NCBI GenBank assembly: GCA_028534125.1
Contig: CM052817.1
Span: 8,744,001-8,808,000 of the forward strand
Source: Lama glama
Taxonomy: Eukaryota
Length of the DNA: 64,000 nucleotides
Reading direction: 5' to 3'
The translations under genes and the position numbers were made by a program. The notes under the pieces were generated by a model. The model saw only the letters and a list, made by a program, of their open reading frames with translations, did not search any database and was not told where the DNA came from. Of the stretch, positions 13,020 through 25,500 are shown piece by piece. Numbering within the stretch: position 1 is the first letter of the stretch; every line of letters starts with the position of its first letter.

Positions 13020-13660
13020 GGATCAGACCTGCAGGATAATATTACCCAACATTGCCTGTTTATAGAAGAGGAAACTTAGGAAACGAGAGGATTATTTGTC
13101 TGCTCAGTGACATGCAGCTTGATAAAGGCTGTTGACCCCTAGATATTCATCTTCTTCTAAGTGTACTTACATGGAAAAAAATTCTAATCCCATAATAGTA
13201 ACAGTGTAATTTCAGTTAAAATAACCTATGGGTTACTTTACCATAATATTTCCCAAACAGGTCAAGTCTCACAAGGAGTAGAGTATGTTGGGAAAATCCC
13301 CAGGAATGAGAAGGCTTAGGTCTAATTATGGCTTAATGCTATAGTAGCTCTGTGATCTTGGGCAAATGGCCTAACTTCTCTGGGCTTTTGTTTTCTCACC
13401 TCCCACCCCAAACACACAATAAAGAATTAATTAGCCCTGCATTGACTATCTCACAAGGTTTTGGAGATGGTCAAAGGCTATAAAAATAATAACACATTAC
13501 TGGTAACACTTGGGGAACTGTCTATATGCCAACATGCATCACCTAAATGCTCAACACGCATCATTTCTCAATGTGTATGACAGCTTTATGACTCAGTAAT
13601 GTTCAGGATTTGGAAACTCAAGTTCAGAGAGGTTAAATAATGTGTGCAAGATCACATGGA
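13020..13660. mobile_element. Cluster of three MIR fragments
   Basis: TTTATAGAAGAGGAAACTTAGG; CTGTGATCTTGGGCAAATGGCCTAACTTCTCTGGGC; GTTCAGAGAGGTTAAATAA. Confidence 0.7.
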
Positions 13661-13717
13661 TAATCACATGGATAATCACATGGGGACTATTTTAACTCTT
13701 AAGCAGATTACAGTTGG

Positions 13718-13729
13718 TATGTGTGTGAA

Positions 13730-13760
<31 letters not shown>
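13718..13760. repeat. (TG)n/(GA)n microsatellite
   Basis: Direct reading. Confidence 0.9.
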
Positions 13761-14644
13761 TCTCCCTCCATCGGTGCTAAGACGAGTTATATTGGCACTG
13801 CTGTGAACCTGACCCTCACCCTGGATTCTCGATTCAGACTGACCTGAAGCACTTTGAGAAACTTTTGAGGCTGTGCCTTCTCAAAATAAATGAGTCAGGA
13901 AAGAATGTGAAAGATTTGTGAGGCTAAGTTGATGCTTTTAGACTTAAGCCTGAAGTAACAGCTAACTGTGGTAAAATTTGGGGAAGAGGAATCATATGTA
14001 ACATAGTGTACTATTTCAGTAAGATCAATAAGCTATCTGTACCTAAGATCAATGGACATGTGTGTAGGGGGGATGTATGTAAATAAGATAACGTTTCTGA
14101 AAACCTTGAACAGTGTTAAGACCCTCTGCATGATTCTTTGGCTGCCATTAGCACATTTCCGGGTGAGTCATTAGGGAATGGAGAAAAGGAAGCTGGGATG
14201 GAATTCTTTACTTTATCTGAACAAATACTTGTCAATAGCATTTTTCTAGGAGATGATTCATATGTCATAGACTGTCTGAACTGGGAAAGGCTTTAAAAAT
14301 GAAGTTCCACCCTCAATCATAATTGTGAGATGGGGTTTTTAAATAGCTCTTCTCTCCTTTTCCTAGGAGTTTACCTACTACATAAACCCAGAGCCCACAA
14401 TCATTTTCTGATAAGAACCTAGCCCTATAAAATAATTTAAGCATTGCTCACTGCCCTCTTCCATACATTTATTCACTTATGTATGCCCCCAGCAAGTATT
14501 CATTTAATACTGGTAGATGTCAGGAACAGCTCTGGGCAGGAAAGCTACTAAGGTGAGGAAGACAGTCTTTGTCTCCCAGGAGGTTACTGCCTAGCATGGA
14601 GATGGACATAAATGCAGACAATTGAAGTCTAGTATGAGAAACTT

Positions 14645-14825
14645 CTGCCTGAAAGCAAAATCTGGAATGCTGCCTGATTTTGAAAATAAAATTTCATTGG
14701 TACCCACCATGTCCATTTGTTTCCATATTGTTTATAGCTGTTCTCAAGCTACAAAGTCAAAATTGAGTAGCTCTGACAGGGTATAACTTGCAGAGCTCTT
14801 TACAGAAAGAGTTTCCTAGTCCCTG
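14645..14825. mobile_element. MER58A-like MITE
   Basis: AAATCTGG..TGCTGCCTGATTTTGAAAATAAAATTTCATTGG...CTTTACAGAAAGAGTTTCCTAGTCCCTG. Confidence 0.7.
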
Positions 14826-14885
14826 CACAGGGGACACAATACCTATTGCAGAATTAGGGGGAGGGGCAGTAAGGCTATCTGTATT

Positions 14886-15058
14886 AGTAGCTCTCAAATC
14901 CTGCTGGCTACACAGTGGAATCACTTAAAGAGCTTTGAAAGTTGATGCCCAGTCTTTCCAGAAAGTTTTGAATTCAATGGCAAAGTGGAGCATTTTTTTT
15001 TTAACACTCTTAAGGTGATGCAACCTTAGGATGCCAATGTACAACCAGGGTGGAGAAA
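14886..15058. mobile_element. MER5-like MITE
   Basis: AGTAGCTCTCAAA...GGAATCACTTAAAGAGCTTTG...GGTGAT...TGTACAACCAGGGTGGAGAA. Confidence 0.6.
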
Positions 15059-17049
15059 GACTCTTCTAGAGGAAGTGACATCTTAACTGACATTAGAGTA
15101 GTATGCACCTGGCCAGAAAAAGGGATGAGTATTTTCTGGAAGGAAGGAAGAGCATTTTGTAAAGATCTGGAGCAGAAAGAGTGCATCGCCCATCTGGGGA
15201 ACTTCAATTAGCTCTATAGTTGGGGAGCTGACAGGGAGGAGGTGAGGTCGAAGAGAACGCAAGTACCAAATCTTGAAAGTTCTTGCATATCCTGTTAGGA
15301 GTGTTTGGAGTTTATCTTAAAGAGAAAAGCATGGAAGATATGTAACTAAAAAGTTGCATGCAGGCGGAGTAGCATGGTAGAATTTGTACCAGAACAAGTC
15401 AGCTGCTGTATGGGGTACAGATAGTATGTGTTGGTAGAAAGGCAGCATCACATCATGGGGACACTGCAAGGAACTGGTGGCAGGGGGAGAAGTTAGGGGG
15501 TCAATCTCAGACCCCATGAAGATCCCTGATCGTATGCCTGACTCAGGATTTAGAAAATGGGACTCTGATTCCAACTGTACTGTGTGTAACAGTGATGTTG
15601 CCCGGCCATCACTCGGTGGCTTCCTGCCTCAGCTCTCTTTGCCTTTTGATCAAACAAGTCTCACTCCCTCACTCCATACAAAGCTGTTGGAAGGGGAGTC
15701 GACATTCTGGCCACCTTGTCCCTTCCTTTCTCTCTTTGCATGCCCAGAAGTGCAATTCTGTGCATAGGAGGTGCTGAAGACTGTTGAACGACAAACTCTT
15801 CTCTTTCAGTGGAGGAAAGTGACGGGCACAAGACCACCTGGCTACCTGCAGAGCTCGGAGCAGCACATGTGTCTTGACTCAGGGATCGGGGGTATTTCCC
15901 AGGTATCCTGGGACGCTGTCTACCTTAGTTGCCACACAGGTCAAGTGCCAGAGTTCTGATCCAGCATCCGCTGCCTGTACACTGTGTGATCACTGCTGCC
16001 ACTGACCTGGTGAGAAGTGCGCCTGTGAGGTGGTGCGGTTGCCCGGGACTGTGCTAACGTCAGCACAGGGTCAAGCGCACCGGTGCTTAAAGAGGCTCAC
16101 CTTTCACTGCGGGCAATTTATCAATCATCCTCAGAAAATGCCTTCATTGCTTTGTTTTTCCTTCTTTCTCTGCTAGCTCTCAGTTTCGGATGCCATCATT
16201 TACTTTTGCGTCTAAAGACAAGAGCCCAGCTGAACTCCTTCCCGTCCTGTTGAGAATTTCACATCTTTCCTTCTACTGGAAACAAATCTAACAGGGTAGT
16301 GCTGGACAAATGATTTTCCTTATCTCTTACGAGCTCTAATCTCTTGGTTCTAAAGCTTGTGTGAAGAAAACCAAATTATTCATGCTACTTTTAAAGGAGA
16401 GAGCTAGATATCGTTTCTTCTTTTTTTTTTTGTTGGGAAGATCTTAAAACACTGTAAACTTTAGGCTAGCTGGACAGGGACTAAGCAGCCTTTACTCCTG
16501 CTGGTGCACACAGCCACTGCTTAATTTAGAGTGATTCAAAAGGCAGGGGGAACGATAATGCGGAGTTCATGCTGTTAGGAACCATCACTCTTCTTGGAGA
16601 CATATGTAGCCACAGAAGGCAGAACAGATCACAGTAGCTTAAGGCGCTGGAAGATAAAAGGGATGGTGTCATTGATCAGGACCCCAGAGACGGCGGCGGC
16701 TGCCTGCACTCAGCCACCAGCTTTCATTGCTGCTGCCGTTCGTTGCCTTTTCTTTTTTTCTTTTCCTTTCGTACTTCTTTTCTTCCTTCCTTCCTTTCCT
16801 TTTTAAAAATTTCCTTAGTAAAACTCAGGTGGATTTGGGACAGGAGAAGCAAATGGGGGATGGGAGAAGGTGTTGATTCGAACCTCAGGGATGCAGTTAG
16901 CCTTTCAAGTGCACGAGGCATGAAGCTAACAGATTCTATTTTTCTCCTTTATTTTAATATAGACAGTCATAAAAATAAAATGCTCCAATGAGTGAGAGAT
17001 GATACGTAGCTTACTGGAAAGAATCATCTCCCTGAATCTCCAGAAGACC

Positions 17050-17210
17050 TAGGGGCGAAGACTGATTCTGACCCTTCCTTAACTGCGGACGTTGGACATG
17101 CTTTCTGCATCCCAGTAGATACTAATCCCTAAATTTGGGGATCCCTGAAAGATTAGATAGCATCACAAAGATTAAGTGCCAATGTAGTTATTGGTATAAA
17201 AGTGCCATAT
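17050..17210 (+). mobile_element. MIR fragment
   Basis: GATTCTGACCCTTCCTTAACTGCGGACGTTGGAC...AAAGATTAGATAG...AAGTGCC. Confidence 0.4.
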
Positions 17211-17439
17211 AAATTTGAAGCACATGGTTATTACACACATTGCTAGTCTATTTAATTTATGTCAGCAAGCAAAAGAAAAAGCACCCTTGTGGACAGAGTA
17301 TCTGCGGCATAGCAGACACTGCACTAGAAACTTAAAAAATGGTGCTCTCTAGTAGTTACGACCCCCTTGTGTGGGTTGTAGATCATCTCTCTTGGATAGA
17401 CAGCAGAGCTGGGTCATCAGATCTGGGTTAGAAGGCATG

Positions 17440-17645
17440 CTATCCTGGTCCTTGTTCTAAGTGCTTTGGATATGTTACTTCATTTAACGCCTTCATCAGC
17501 CACACAGCGTAAAGACAGTTATCCTCATTTTACAGATGAAAAGGCTGAGGCACAGGGGCACTAAGTCCCTTGTCCAGGGCTACATAACTAGTAAGTGAGA
17601 AAGGAAGATTAGAAGGCTAGCAGTCTAACAATAATGCCTGCAGCC
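17440..17645 (-). mobile_element. MIR
   Basis: TTATCCTCATTTTACAGATGAAAAGGCTGAGGCACAG...CTTGTCCAGGGCTACATAACTAGTAAGT. Confidence 0.85.
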
Positions 17646-19839
17646 TTGCCCATAACGTCATACGGCAGACGGTCGACTTGGTCACAGCACTTTGTTTCTT
17701 GAGCTCATAGATGCTGTCTTACTTGACACTAACGCACAAGAGTATTTTATGAGATACAGTATCATTTTTATTTACTGCATTGTTTCCAAACACAATGAAT
17801 ATATTATTTATTGAAATAAATTCTGTCGAGAAAAATAGTTCCATTAGCACAGAGATCACTAATTTGCTGCCATTAGTACGTATCACTCTCAAATTAAGGC
17901 CATAGCCTGGGTTTGTGTACTTATGTAGATGTGTATACCTGTTTATTAATATATATCTGTGCTCCCATCAAGCTGGGCTGCTGCTTAATGATTCTCTCTA
18001 CAAGATGAGCACTAGGAAGATTTTCCAGTCCAAACTTTAGAAATAATTAAAAAGTAACATTAAATTTTACTGCCATGGGCTTGCATTCACAATCTCCAAA
18101 AGTCTCTGAAACGCTAAGTTCCCAGATAGCTAGAGCTCTCCTCTTTCCAATCTTCTCTTTATACTTTACAAGATCTATTCTGCTTTTTCAGCTGGTATCC
18201 TCCAGCCTTTAATAGTACAATTTTTTTTATCCCTTTGAATTCTGTACCCAGGATCCTCATCAATGCAGCAGCTGCTGACAAATCAGCAAAGTAGAAATAA
18301 AGCCAAAGCAAGAGATGGTAAAATGTTGTGAAAATGCAAGGAAATATTTAGCTCTGATGTGTGTATATGTGTGCCTGTGGGTGAATACACACATACATCT
18401 ATGTGCACAGACTTTATATATGTGTGGAATTTATATACATATAAATGCAAATGTATATACATGTACAGTTTAGAATTAGTATTGCTTGTAAGAAGTTAAA
18501 AAGATAGACATTTGTCACAAATATTTAATAGTTTAAAAAAAAGGCAAGACTTTATGATATTTAGTATTATATAACCAGAGTGAACTCCTAATTGGTTGAA
18601 ACTACAATACAGTTTCACCAATTTTCTCCATCACATCTGGGCTGTTCATCAGTTGGGAAGCTCTGAGGATCATTTCTGTGTGTTTTGCTGACAGGCAAAG
18701 CCAACAAAAGGAACAAGCCTGTCTCCAGTTTGACGGAAACTTCTGTCCTTTGCCAGCGGTAAGAAGGGAGGCCAGGACTGTCTAATTGAGAAATCGTGTG
18801 TCAGCGAAGGATTATATAAAGCCGGTGGGACATATTTCACTCTGCCTTTCACTTTTAGCTACCTCTCCCCCTTTTCCTAGAATAGAGTTTCCCTGGGCTT
18901 TGAAAGATGCTAATGGAGCATTAATAGTCCAGGAGGAAACTTGCCCTAGAGAATCACAATGACTTCACTCTAGTGGTGACATCAAACCAAACCATTTAGG
19001 AAAAATGGGGTTTTAGTTCCTGTAGAGAGAGCTGGATTTGAGAGATAAACAGCAAGTGAAAGTCTCGTGCCATGTGAGATAAAAAAGGAGGACAAGGTTT
19101 GGAACTTCTTTGGTTGCTGAACTCACGTATGGGTCTACCCTAAACTTCTGACATGTGGGATTTGAAGATGGAATTAAATATTTAAGGCAGTCTTCAGCTC
19201 TTTCCTCAGGCTCCTCTTCCACCAGCTTTAGGAGGTAAAATGCACCACAGCAAAACAGAAAACAAACAAAACAACACAATCCCCCCACCCCAATGTAAAT
19301 TTAATGCTGTTATCCACATGCTTATAACCATTTTTTCTAGAAGTCCTTAAGAGCTGATATATATCTAACAGGGCTTTATACTTTAAGAAAACAAAGGCAA
19401 AAAAAAAAAAAGTTGGAGAAGGGTTGTTTGATGTCCAAAATGTGATTCTTTGCACATCATCAGGAAAATCTTTTTGGAATTCTTAGGACTTTCTGAATTG
19501 GACCTCAAACATGGAGAGCTAGTGTGTGCAGCTCTCAGGGCGTAATAACAGAGAATGAGCACTGGTGTACACTGCAGGATCCTTCTCCTTCAATATAAAG
19601 TCTAAGGTGGGAAGGGTGATGAGACAATGACAAAGACTTCAGATCCAAAGTCCAGGTCCTACAGAAAGAGAGAAGCATAGTGAGAGAGCAAGAGATAAAG
19701 ACAGAGAAAGAACAACTGGCTATGTAGTGAGACAGCCATGGATTTGGACCCAAGATGCTACCTCTTCTCTAAGTTTGGCTGTGGGCAGTAGACATGTTGT
19801 TGGCCAACAGGAGTTTTGGCATTTCACAGACCATGATAC

Positions 19840-20130
19840 TTGAAATCCCTGGTTAGTGGTATATAGTTGTGTGATCTTGGTCAAGTTACAGAACATCTCT
19901 GAAGTACCATTTTTTTAAATCTGTTGATCTCAGAGAATCTATGTGAAAATTTAAAAGAATGGTGTTTTATATAATATTTGACACATAGTAATAGGCACTT
20001 ATTTTTCATTGCATGAATATTATTAAATCCTTTGATCTTATTCAACAACTCCCATCCTAACACACATGAAAGTATGTGAGACCAAAATTTAACCTTATGT
20101 CTATTTGACCTTAAAGTTTAAGTTCTTACT
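19840..20130. mobile_element. MIR fragments
   Basis: TTGTGTGATCTTGGTCAAGTTAC...CTCTGA; ACACATAGTAATAGGCACTTA. Confidence 0.6.
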
Positions 20131-20879
20131 GCCCACAGATGCTAAATTTGAGCCCCAGAACTAATTTCCACTGTTTGTTTTGCCAGTATCTCAGTCTTGT
20201 TGAATCACATTGTTTATATGTAAATAAAGATAGCAAGAGGTAAACATGTGTCTTCATTGGGGAATACTTGATAAATCTGTCAAAATTTATCTTCTAATAC
20301 CTCTCTATTTTGGTAAGCCTGCATATCGACCATCTTCTTTATGCTAATAGATTTCATTTTAAAACAACAACAAAATAATAATAATAAAATATTTTAAACA
20401 TACAGAAAAAGAAAATAACATATCCTTATTTTCTCAGCATCCAGATTGAACATATGAATGGATTCAACAAGTATCAATTGGGAACAAGCTAACTGGGGAT
20501 ATCTAGAAAACAAATAGACCAATATTCCTGCTCTTGTGGAGTTTGTATTTAACTGACAAATGTTAATGTGGTCATATTTACTTTAGGTCTTTTTTTAAAG
20601 GAATGGTCAGCTACAGATCACACAGCTAGAGTCACCTGTCCATACTATGTTCTGAGTCTTTTGACAAGGGTGTGCATCCCCAGCTGATTGATTTAGAGTG
20701 ATAGCGTGGGGTCAAGTTCAATCTCCCTCAATGGGCTTGGTCAGCATTCTTCCTTTCACATTGACTTTTGAAGACATGTAAACAACCAGGGGTGCTTCAA
20801 AGGAAGCTCTTGGCGTTCGGGAAATGCCTCGCAGGTCCCCCTCCGGGATTACTCCATGGGAAGCTGTAAGAACCAAAGG

Positions 20880-21514
20880 AGAGAACACTAATGGGAAACT
20901 TTATCCATTGTAAAAGATTCCACAAATGCTATTTACCTTACATTTGGCATCTCTTGAATGCCACCCCACATTATCAGGATCATACAAGTTTCCAGAACCT
21001 TATTGTCTTCTCTACTGCAGGGGCCATCTTGACCAACTCTGGGAGGGCTCATCGGCAGTGCCTCCACTGGAGGCCATATCCAGGGACTCCTCATACTGCA
21101 TCTGGCCTTCAATAGAGCATGTCTCTGAGCAGGGCAAAGAATCTGGCATCACTGATGCTGTCCAAAGTTGTCAGAAGATGCGACCCATAAGTGCTAACGG
21201 GAATCAGGGCTGAATTCTCTGAGAGGCAGACTTTACCATCGTGGGCCAGGAAACAGAAGGGAGCTGGCAGATTAATTCCTGTTTGATTCCTGGCTCCAGA
21301 GCAAGTGAGGCACAGGGTTCCTGCATGCCTGTCTGGAAGAGTTCCTTGTACTGAGCTCTGACTGTGTTTCTTCTTGGAGTGGGGACAGCTGGTATTTGTT
21401 TCCTGTCTCACTTCCCTTCCCCCACACTCTGGGTGCCCCGTGGTTATGCCTCCTAAATAAAATAGCATGCTAACCACACCTCTGGGCTTTTTCCTAGGAA
21501 ATCTGGGCTAACAT
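20880..21514 (+). mobile_element. ERVL-type solo LTR, subfamily uncertain
   Basis: GC-richer block ending AATAAAATAGCATGC...TCTGGGCTTTTTCCTAGGAAATCTGGGCTAACA (polyA signal plus terminal CA). Confidence 0.5.
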
Positions 21515-22777
21515 TCTTCCTCTTCCACTTCCTTTTGTTCATTTCCCTTATTCAAAAGGCCTCCAAAGTAGAAGAGAGTCGATGAAGATCTGAAAAGAGC
21601 ACCAAATATCCTAAAACACCCTCTCTTGCCTGGTGATGGTCCCAACTAGCCAGAGTGTCGGAAGGTGCATTTAGTGCATCCACATCTGACAGATGAGCAA
21701 ACAGAGGAATCAAAAGGCAGTGTGACAAGGAAAGGATGAAGAGGACTAAAACGGCTTCACTCCTTCTTGCTCATATTGTATCAGAAGAAAGAATTTGTGG
21801 CAAATGGGGTTTAATGAAATGAAGAAGTGAAAACCTTTTGTTCTGGGTTCATAATAACATTTTAGCTTATTAATGTACTGACTCCTGTATATAAATATCC
21901 TTAGGGAATACAATTAGAGGATTATGAACTTCATAATATTTCTGCTGGACCACCCTCCTCTGTGCTTATACGGACCCTTATTTTGTTCTCTATCCTTAAG
22001 CTATTCATCATCCCATCTCCCCAGGTCCTTAGAGCTAAGTCTGGCTTTCTCTCCCATCTGACATTGGGCTGAACTAGTAGCCCCAAACCTGCTTGAGACT
22101 TTGATCTTATTTCTTGGTGACAGGTTCCCCATTACAGTCTGTCCAGGTGGTTCTCACCTCCTTCCATCCTCCTATTCTATTTTACCTCCTTTTGGTCCCT
22201 CCAACATTATCTGCTGATCCATCCAGAATGATTTTGTACACTGCTATCAAAGTTGAAGACATTTGATCCCTTCCAAGAGGGGAAGTTCTAAAATGATGCA
22301 CACAGGCATATATGTATGTCATAAGCATTTTAATCGCATGTTTGTTTGCCAGTCTTTTGGTTTAAGGTCAAGGTCTTATCTTTGAATATGAATATTGGGA
22401 TTCGTGTTCTATTTATTCTGTCTTGGAAAAAAACACACCCATAACGACTTCTTTTCAGTTTCTAATTCCCATTTCTTTCAAGTGGAGTAATATCTTGTAC
22501 ACACTTGCAAATCAATCTGAGAGTAGATTATGTTGGTTTTTGTGATTTCCCCCAAACTTCAGGTTAACTTGCTTGCAGCACATTCAATATGAATGCTTTT
22601 AGTTAGTTATCTTTGACAAGTATTTCAAGTGAATTTTCAAAAGAATAACAATTTTATTTTTATAGTCGTTTATACTAGTTTTGATAATATTCATTGTATG
22701 ATGTAATTAGCACAGAAGTACAATTGTCATGAATCATTTAGAAAACAAGCACATATAACTCTTAAAAATATATAACT

Positions 22778-23606
22778 CAATGATCAAAAAGCACATGAAA
22801 AAATGCTCAATATCACTAATTATCAGAGAAATGCAAATCAAAACTACAATGAGGTATCACCTCACACCAATCAGAATGGCCATCATTCAAAAATCCACAA
22901 ATGACAAATACTGGAGAGGCTNNNNNNNNNNNNNNNNNNNNNNNNNNNNNNNNNNNNNNNNNNNNNNNNNNNNNNNNNNNNNNNNNNNNNNNNNNNNNNN
23001 NNNNNNNNNNNNNNNNNNNNNNNNNNNNNNNNNNNNNNNNNNNNNNNNNNNNNNNNNNNNNNNNNNNNNNNNNNNNNNNNNNNNNNNNNNNNNNNNNNNN
23101 NNNNNNNNNNNNNNNNNNNNNNNNNNNNNNNNNNNNNNNNNNNNNNNNNNNNNNNNNNNNNNNNNNNNNNNNNNNNNNNNNNNNNNNNNNNNNNNNNNNN
23201 NNNNNNNNNNNNNNNNNNNNNNNNNNNNNNNNNNNNNNNNNNNNNNNNNNNNNNNNNNNNNNNNNNNNNNNNNNNNNNNNNNNNNNNNNNNNNNNNNNNN
23301 NNNNNNNNNNNNNNNNNNNNNNNNNNNNNNNNNNNNNNNNNNNNNNNNNNNNNNNNNNNNNNNNNNNNNNNNNNNNNNNNNNNNNNNNNNNNNNNNNNNN
23401 NNNNNNNNNNNNNNNNNNNNNTGGGATTTCAAAATTGTAGAATAGATAAACAAGATTACACTGTATAGCACAGGGAAATATACACAAAATGTTGTGATAA
23501 ATCACAGAGAAAAAAATGTGACAATGAGTGTGTATATGTCCATGAATGACTGAAAAATTCTGGAACACTGGAATTTGACACAACATTGTAAAATGATTAT
23601 AAATCA
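22778..23606 (+). mobile_element. Young L1 3' portion (ORF2 end plus 3' UTR) spanning a gap
   Basis: Translation [35 protein letters not shown] is L1 ORF2; 3' UTR CTGTATAGCACAGGGAAATATACAC...TTGACACAACATTGTAAAATGATTATAAATCA. Confidence 0.95.
22922..23421. other. Assembly gap (500 N)
   Basis: N run. Confidence 1.
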
Positions 23607-25209
23607 TTGCTGGGCATCCTCCCCAATCTCTCAAGTGTCTCTTTTCTACCAATATGCCCACTGTCTTGACCCACTTCCCTGGGGAGCCTTAACTCCTTGC
23701 AGATAAATGAAGATTCACCACAGTCTTTCTAGACTCCAGGCTGACTACGACTTTCCAGAGAGCTCAGAGCTGTATTTTTACACAACCCCACTTAAAATGC
23801 ATAAAGGGTGCCCAACACCGATTCCCACTGACTGCAGTTGAACCTGCTGAACCAGGAGTGGAGAAAACACATTTAATTCAGATAAGCGCACAGCTCATTC
23901 TCCCGCCTCCATCCAGTCAGGCAGTTATAACACTGGGCCAGAATTTTCTCCCACATTTTGTGCATAAAACATAATTCTGCCACCAGCTGCTCACCAACAT
24001 TTTGTTGTCTCCTCAACAGACAACAAAATGACAGAACAGTTCAGCAGAGGGTGATCTGCCAGCAAAACCAATGAGATATAATTCCATCCAACCAGCTTGT
24101 CATTAGGAAGCTGTTTTCTGTTTCTAAAATAAACCCTCTGAAATCATTGCCTTCCTGTATCTGTGCTTCTACCTAGGAAAGAGAGAGATTCTCCTAACTC
24201 ACAGGTCCCAGGGTATGTGGAAGGGGACCGTGGAAGTGCTTTGTATCCACAGGGAGGGCAGTTACCCAGGCTTAGAGAGTGGGGTTTTATGCTTTTCATA
24301 CTCAGTATTAAGATTACTTGGGTGGGATGTACAGGAATATGATCACCTGGCCTGGGAACCTATCTTTTGTCACATCAGCTTTATACTTTTTCTTCAGTAT
24401 TATTCATTTTCCTTCTGACCTGACCATGCTCTCCATCCGCATTGTCCCATCTTGAATCTACCCAACCTCCAATCTACATTCAGAAGCTACTGAGTTTAAG
24501 ATGCTTTATAGGTGGGAAAGGAGGGCCAGGAAAGAGGTGATAATTCAAGCCAAAACTGGCAGTAGCAACTTCTGCCGTGCAGGGAGGTGGCAAAGTAGTG
24601 GGGACACAAATCTTAGCACCTCCTTTTCTTGACAGAGACAGGAGGGGCAGATAAAAGGGACAGACATATGGAATTCATGCCAGAACTACTATGCCTCTGA
24701 AGGGCAAACCCAGGGCAAGATGGCCCATTAGATTGCAAGCACAATAAGGAGAGAAAGAATTAAGCTTCCTGGAGACCACAGGCACTGGAGGGGACAGACA
24801 GTGAGACGGAAGGCTGAGTGTCTTTAACAGACAGTAAACAAAGCCCCAGGTTTCTGTATAATCCCTCTGGTGTATCTCTAAAAGGTCAGTAAAGTCAGCC
24901 ATGTACCCACAAACTTTGTTAAGTTAGGATTTGTTGAGTCAGGAGCAGGTCAAAGAAAAAGGATTGTGTGGAGTGTGTTAACATGAAAGGGACAATGAGA
25001 TCATGGATTGGTAGAACTCATTTAATGGGAGAATAAATGTGACCAGGGAAGCATTTGCTTCCCCTCCCTCACTGCACCCCAGGGAAGTCCCAGCACGGCT
25101 GAATGATTGAATCATGTGCAGATGGGTGTCTCATAGCACATGACAATGGAGTTCAAGCAAATTTCATCTGAATAGTTAAGGACTGGGCGCTTCACCTGAC
25201 GTCTATGCA

Positions 25210-25500
25210 TATTCATGAATCCCCACAGGGGTTAGTCAGTCTAATCCCGCTTGAAGTGTGAGAGGCTGAGACTTTAGAGAAGTTATGTAATTTGCTCAAG
25301 GCCACAAAATTCAAGGCAAAGCTATTCTTTTCCTACAGCGCCAAGATTTATTGAGTACCTAAATATCAAAAATGCTACAGTTTCTTTAATTTATATGATC
25401 ATTATTATACTATTTGACTAGCTTCATTTTATGAATGAGAAAAAAAGGTACTCGTGGTTAAGAATTTTGATAAATGCCATAATTTTTGCTATGATTTTAA
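25210..25500 (-). mobile_element. Two MIR fragments
   Basis: GAGAGGCTGAGACTTTAGAGAAGTTATGTAATTTGCTCAAGGCCACA; TTCATTTTATGAATGAGAAAA. Confidence 0.65.

Larger units (their letters stand above)
14460..15420 (-). mobile_element. L2 interrupted by MER58-like and MER5-like MITEs
   Basis: CATTTATTCACTT...CAGCAAGTATTCATTTAATAC...; resumes at GAGGAAGTGACATCTTAACTGA. Confidence 0.65.

Noticed and set aside
13651..13683. Three copies of the 12-mer ATCACATGGATA as a possible array
   Set aside because: Simple tandem slippage at a MIR edge; no spacers, not CRISPR-like.
21109..21477. 122-aa minus-strand ORF
   Set aside because: Within an LTR-like block; no recognisable domain.
22780..23661. Long ORFs (179-281 aa) in the ORF track
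   Set aside because: Length comes from the 500-N gap; the real residues are L1 ORF2/3' UTR.
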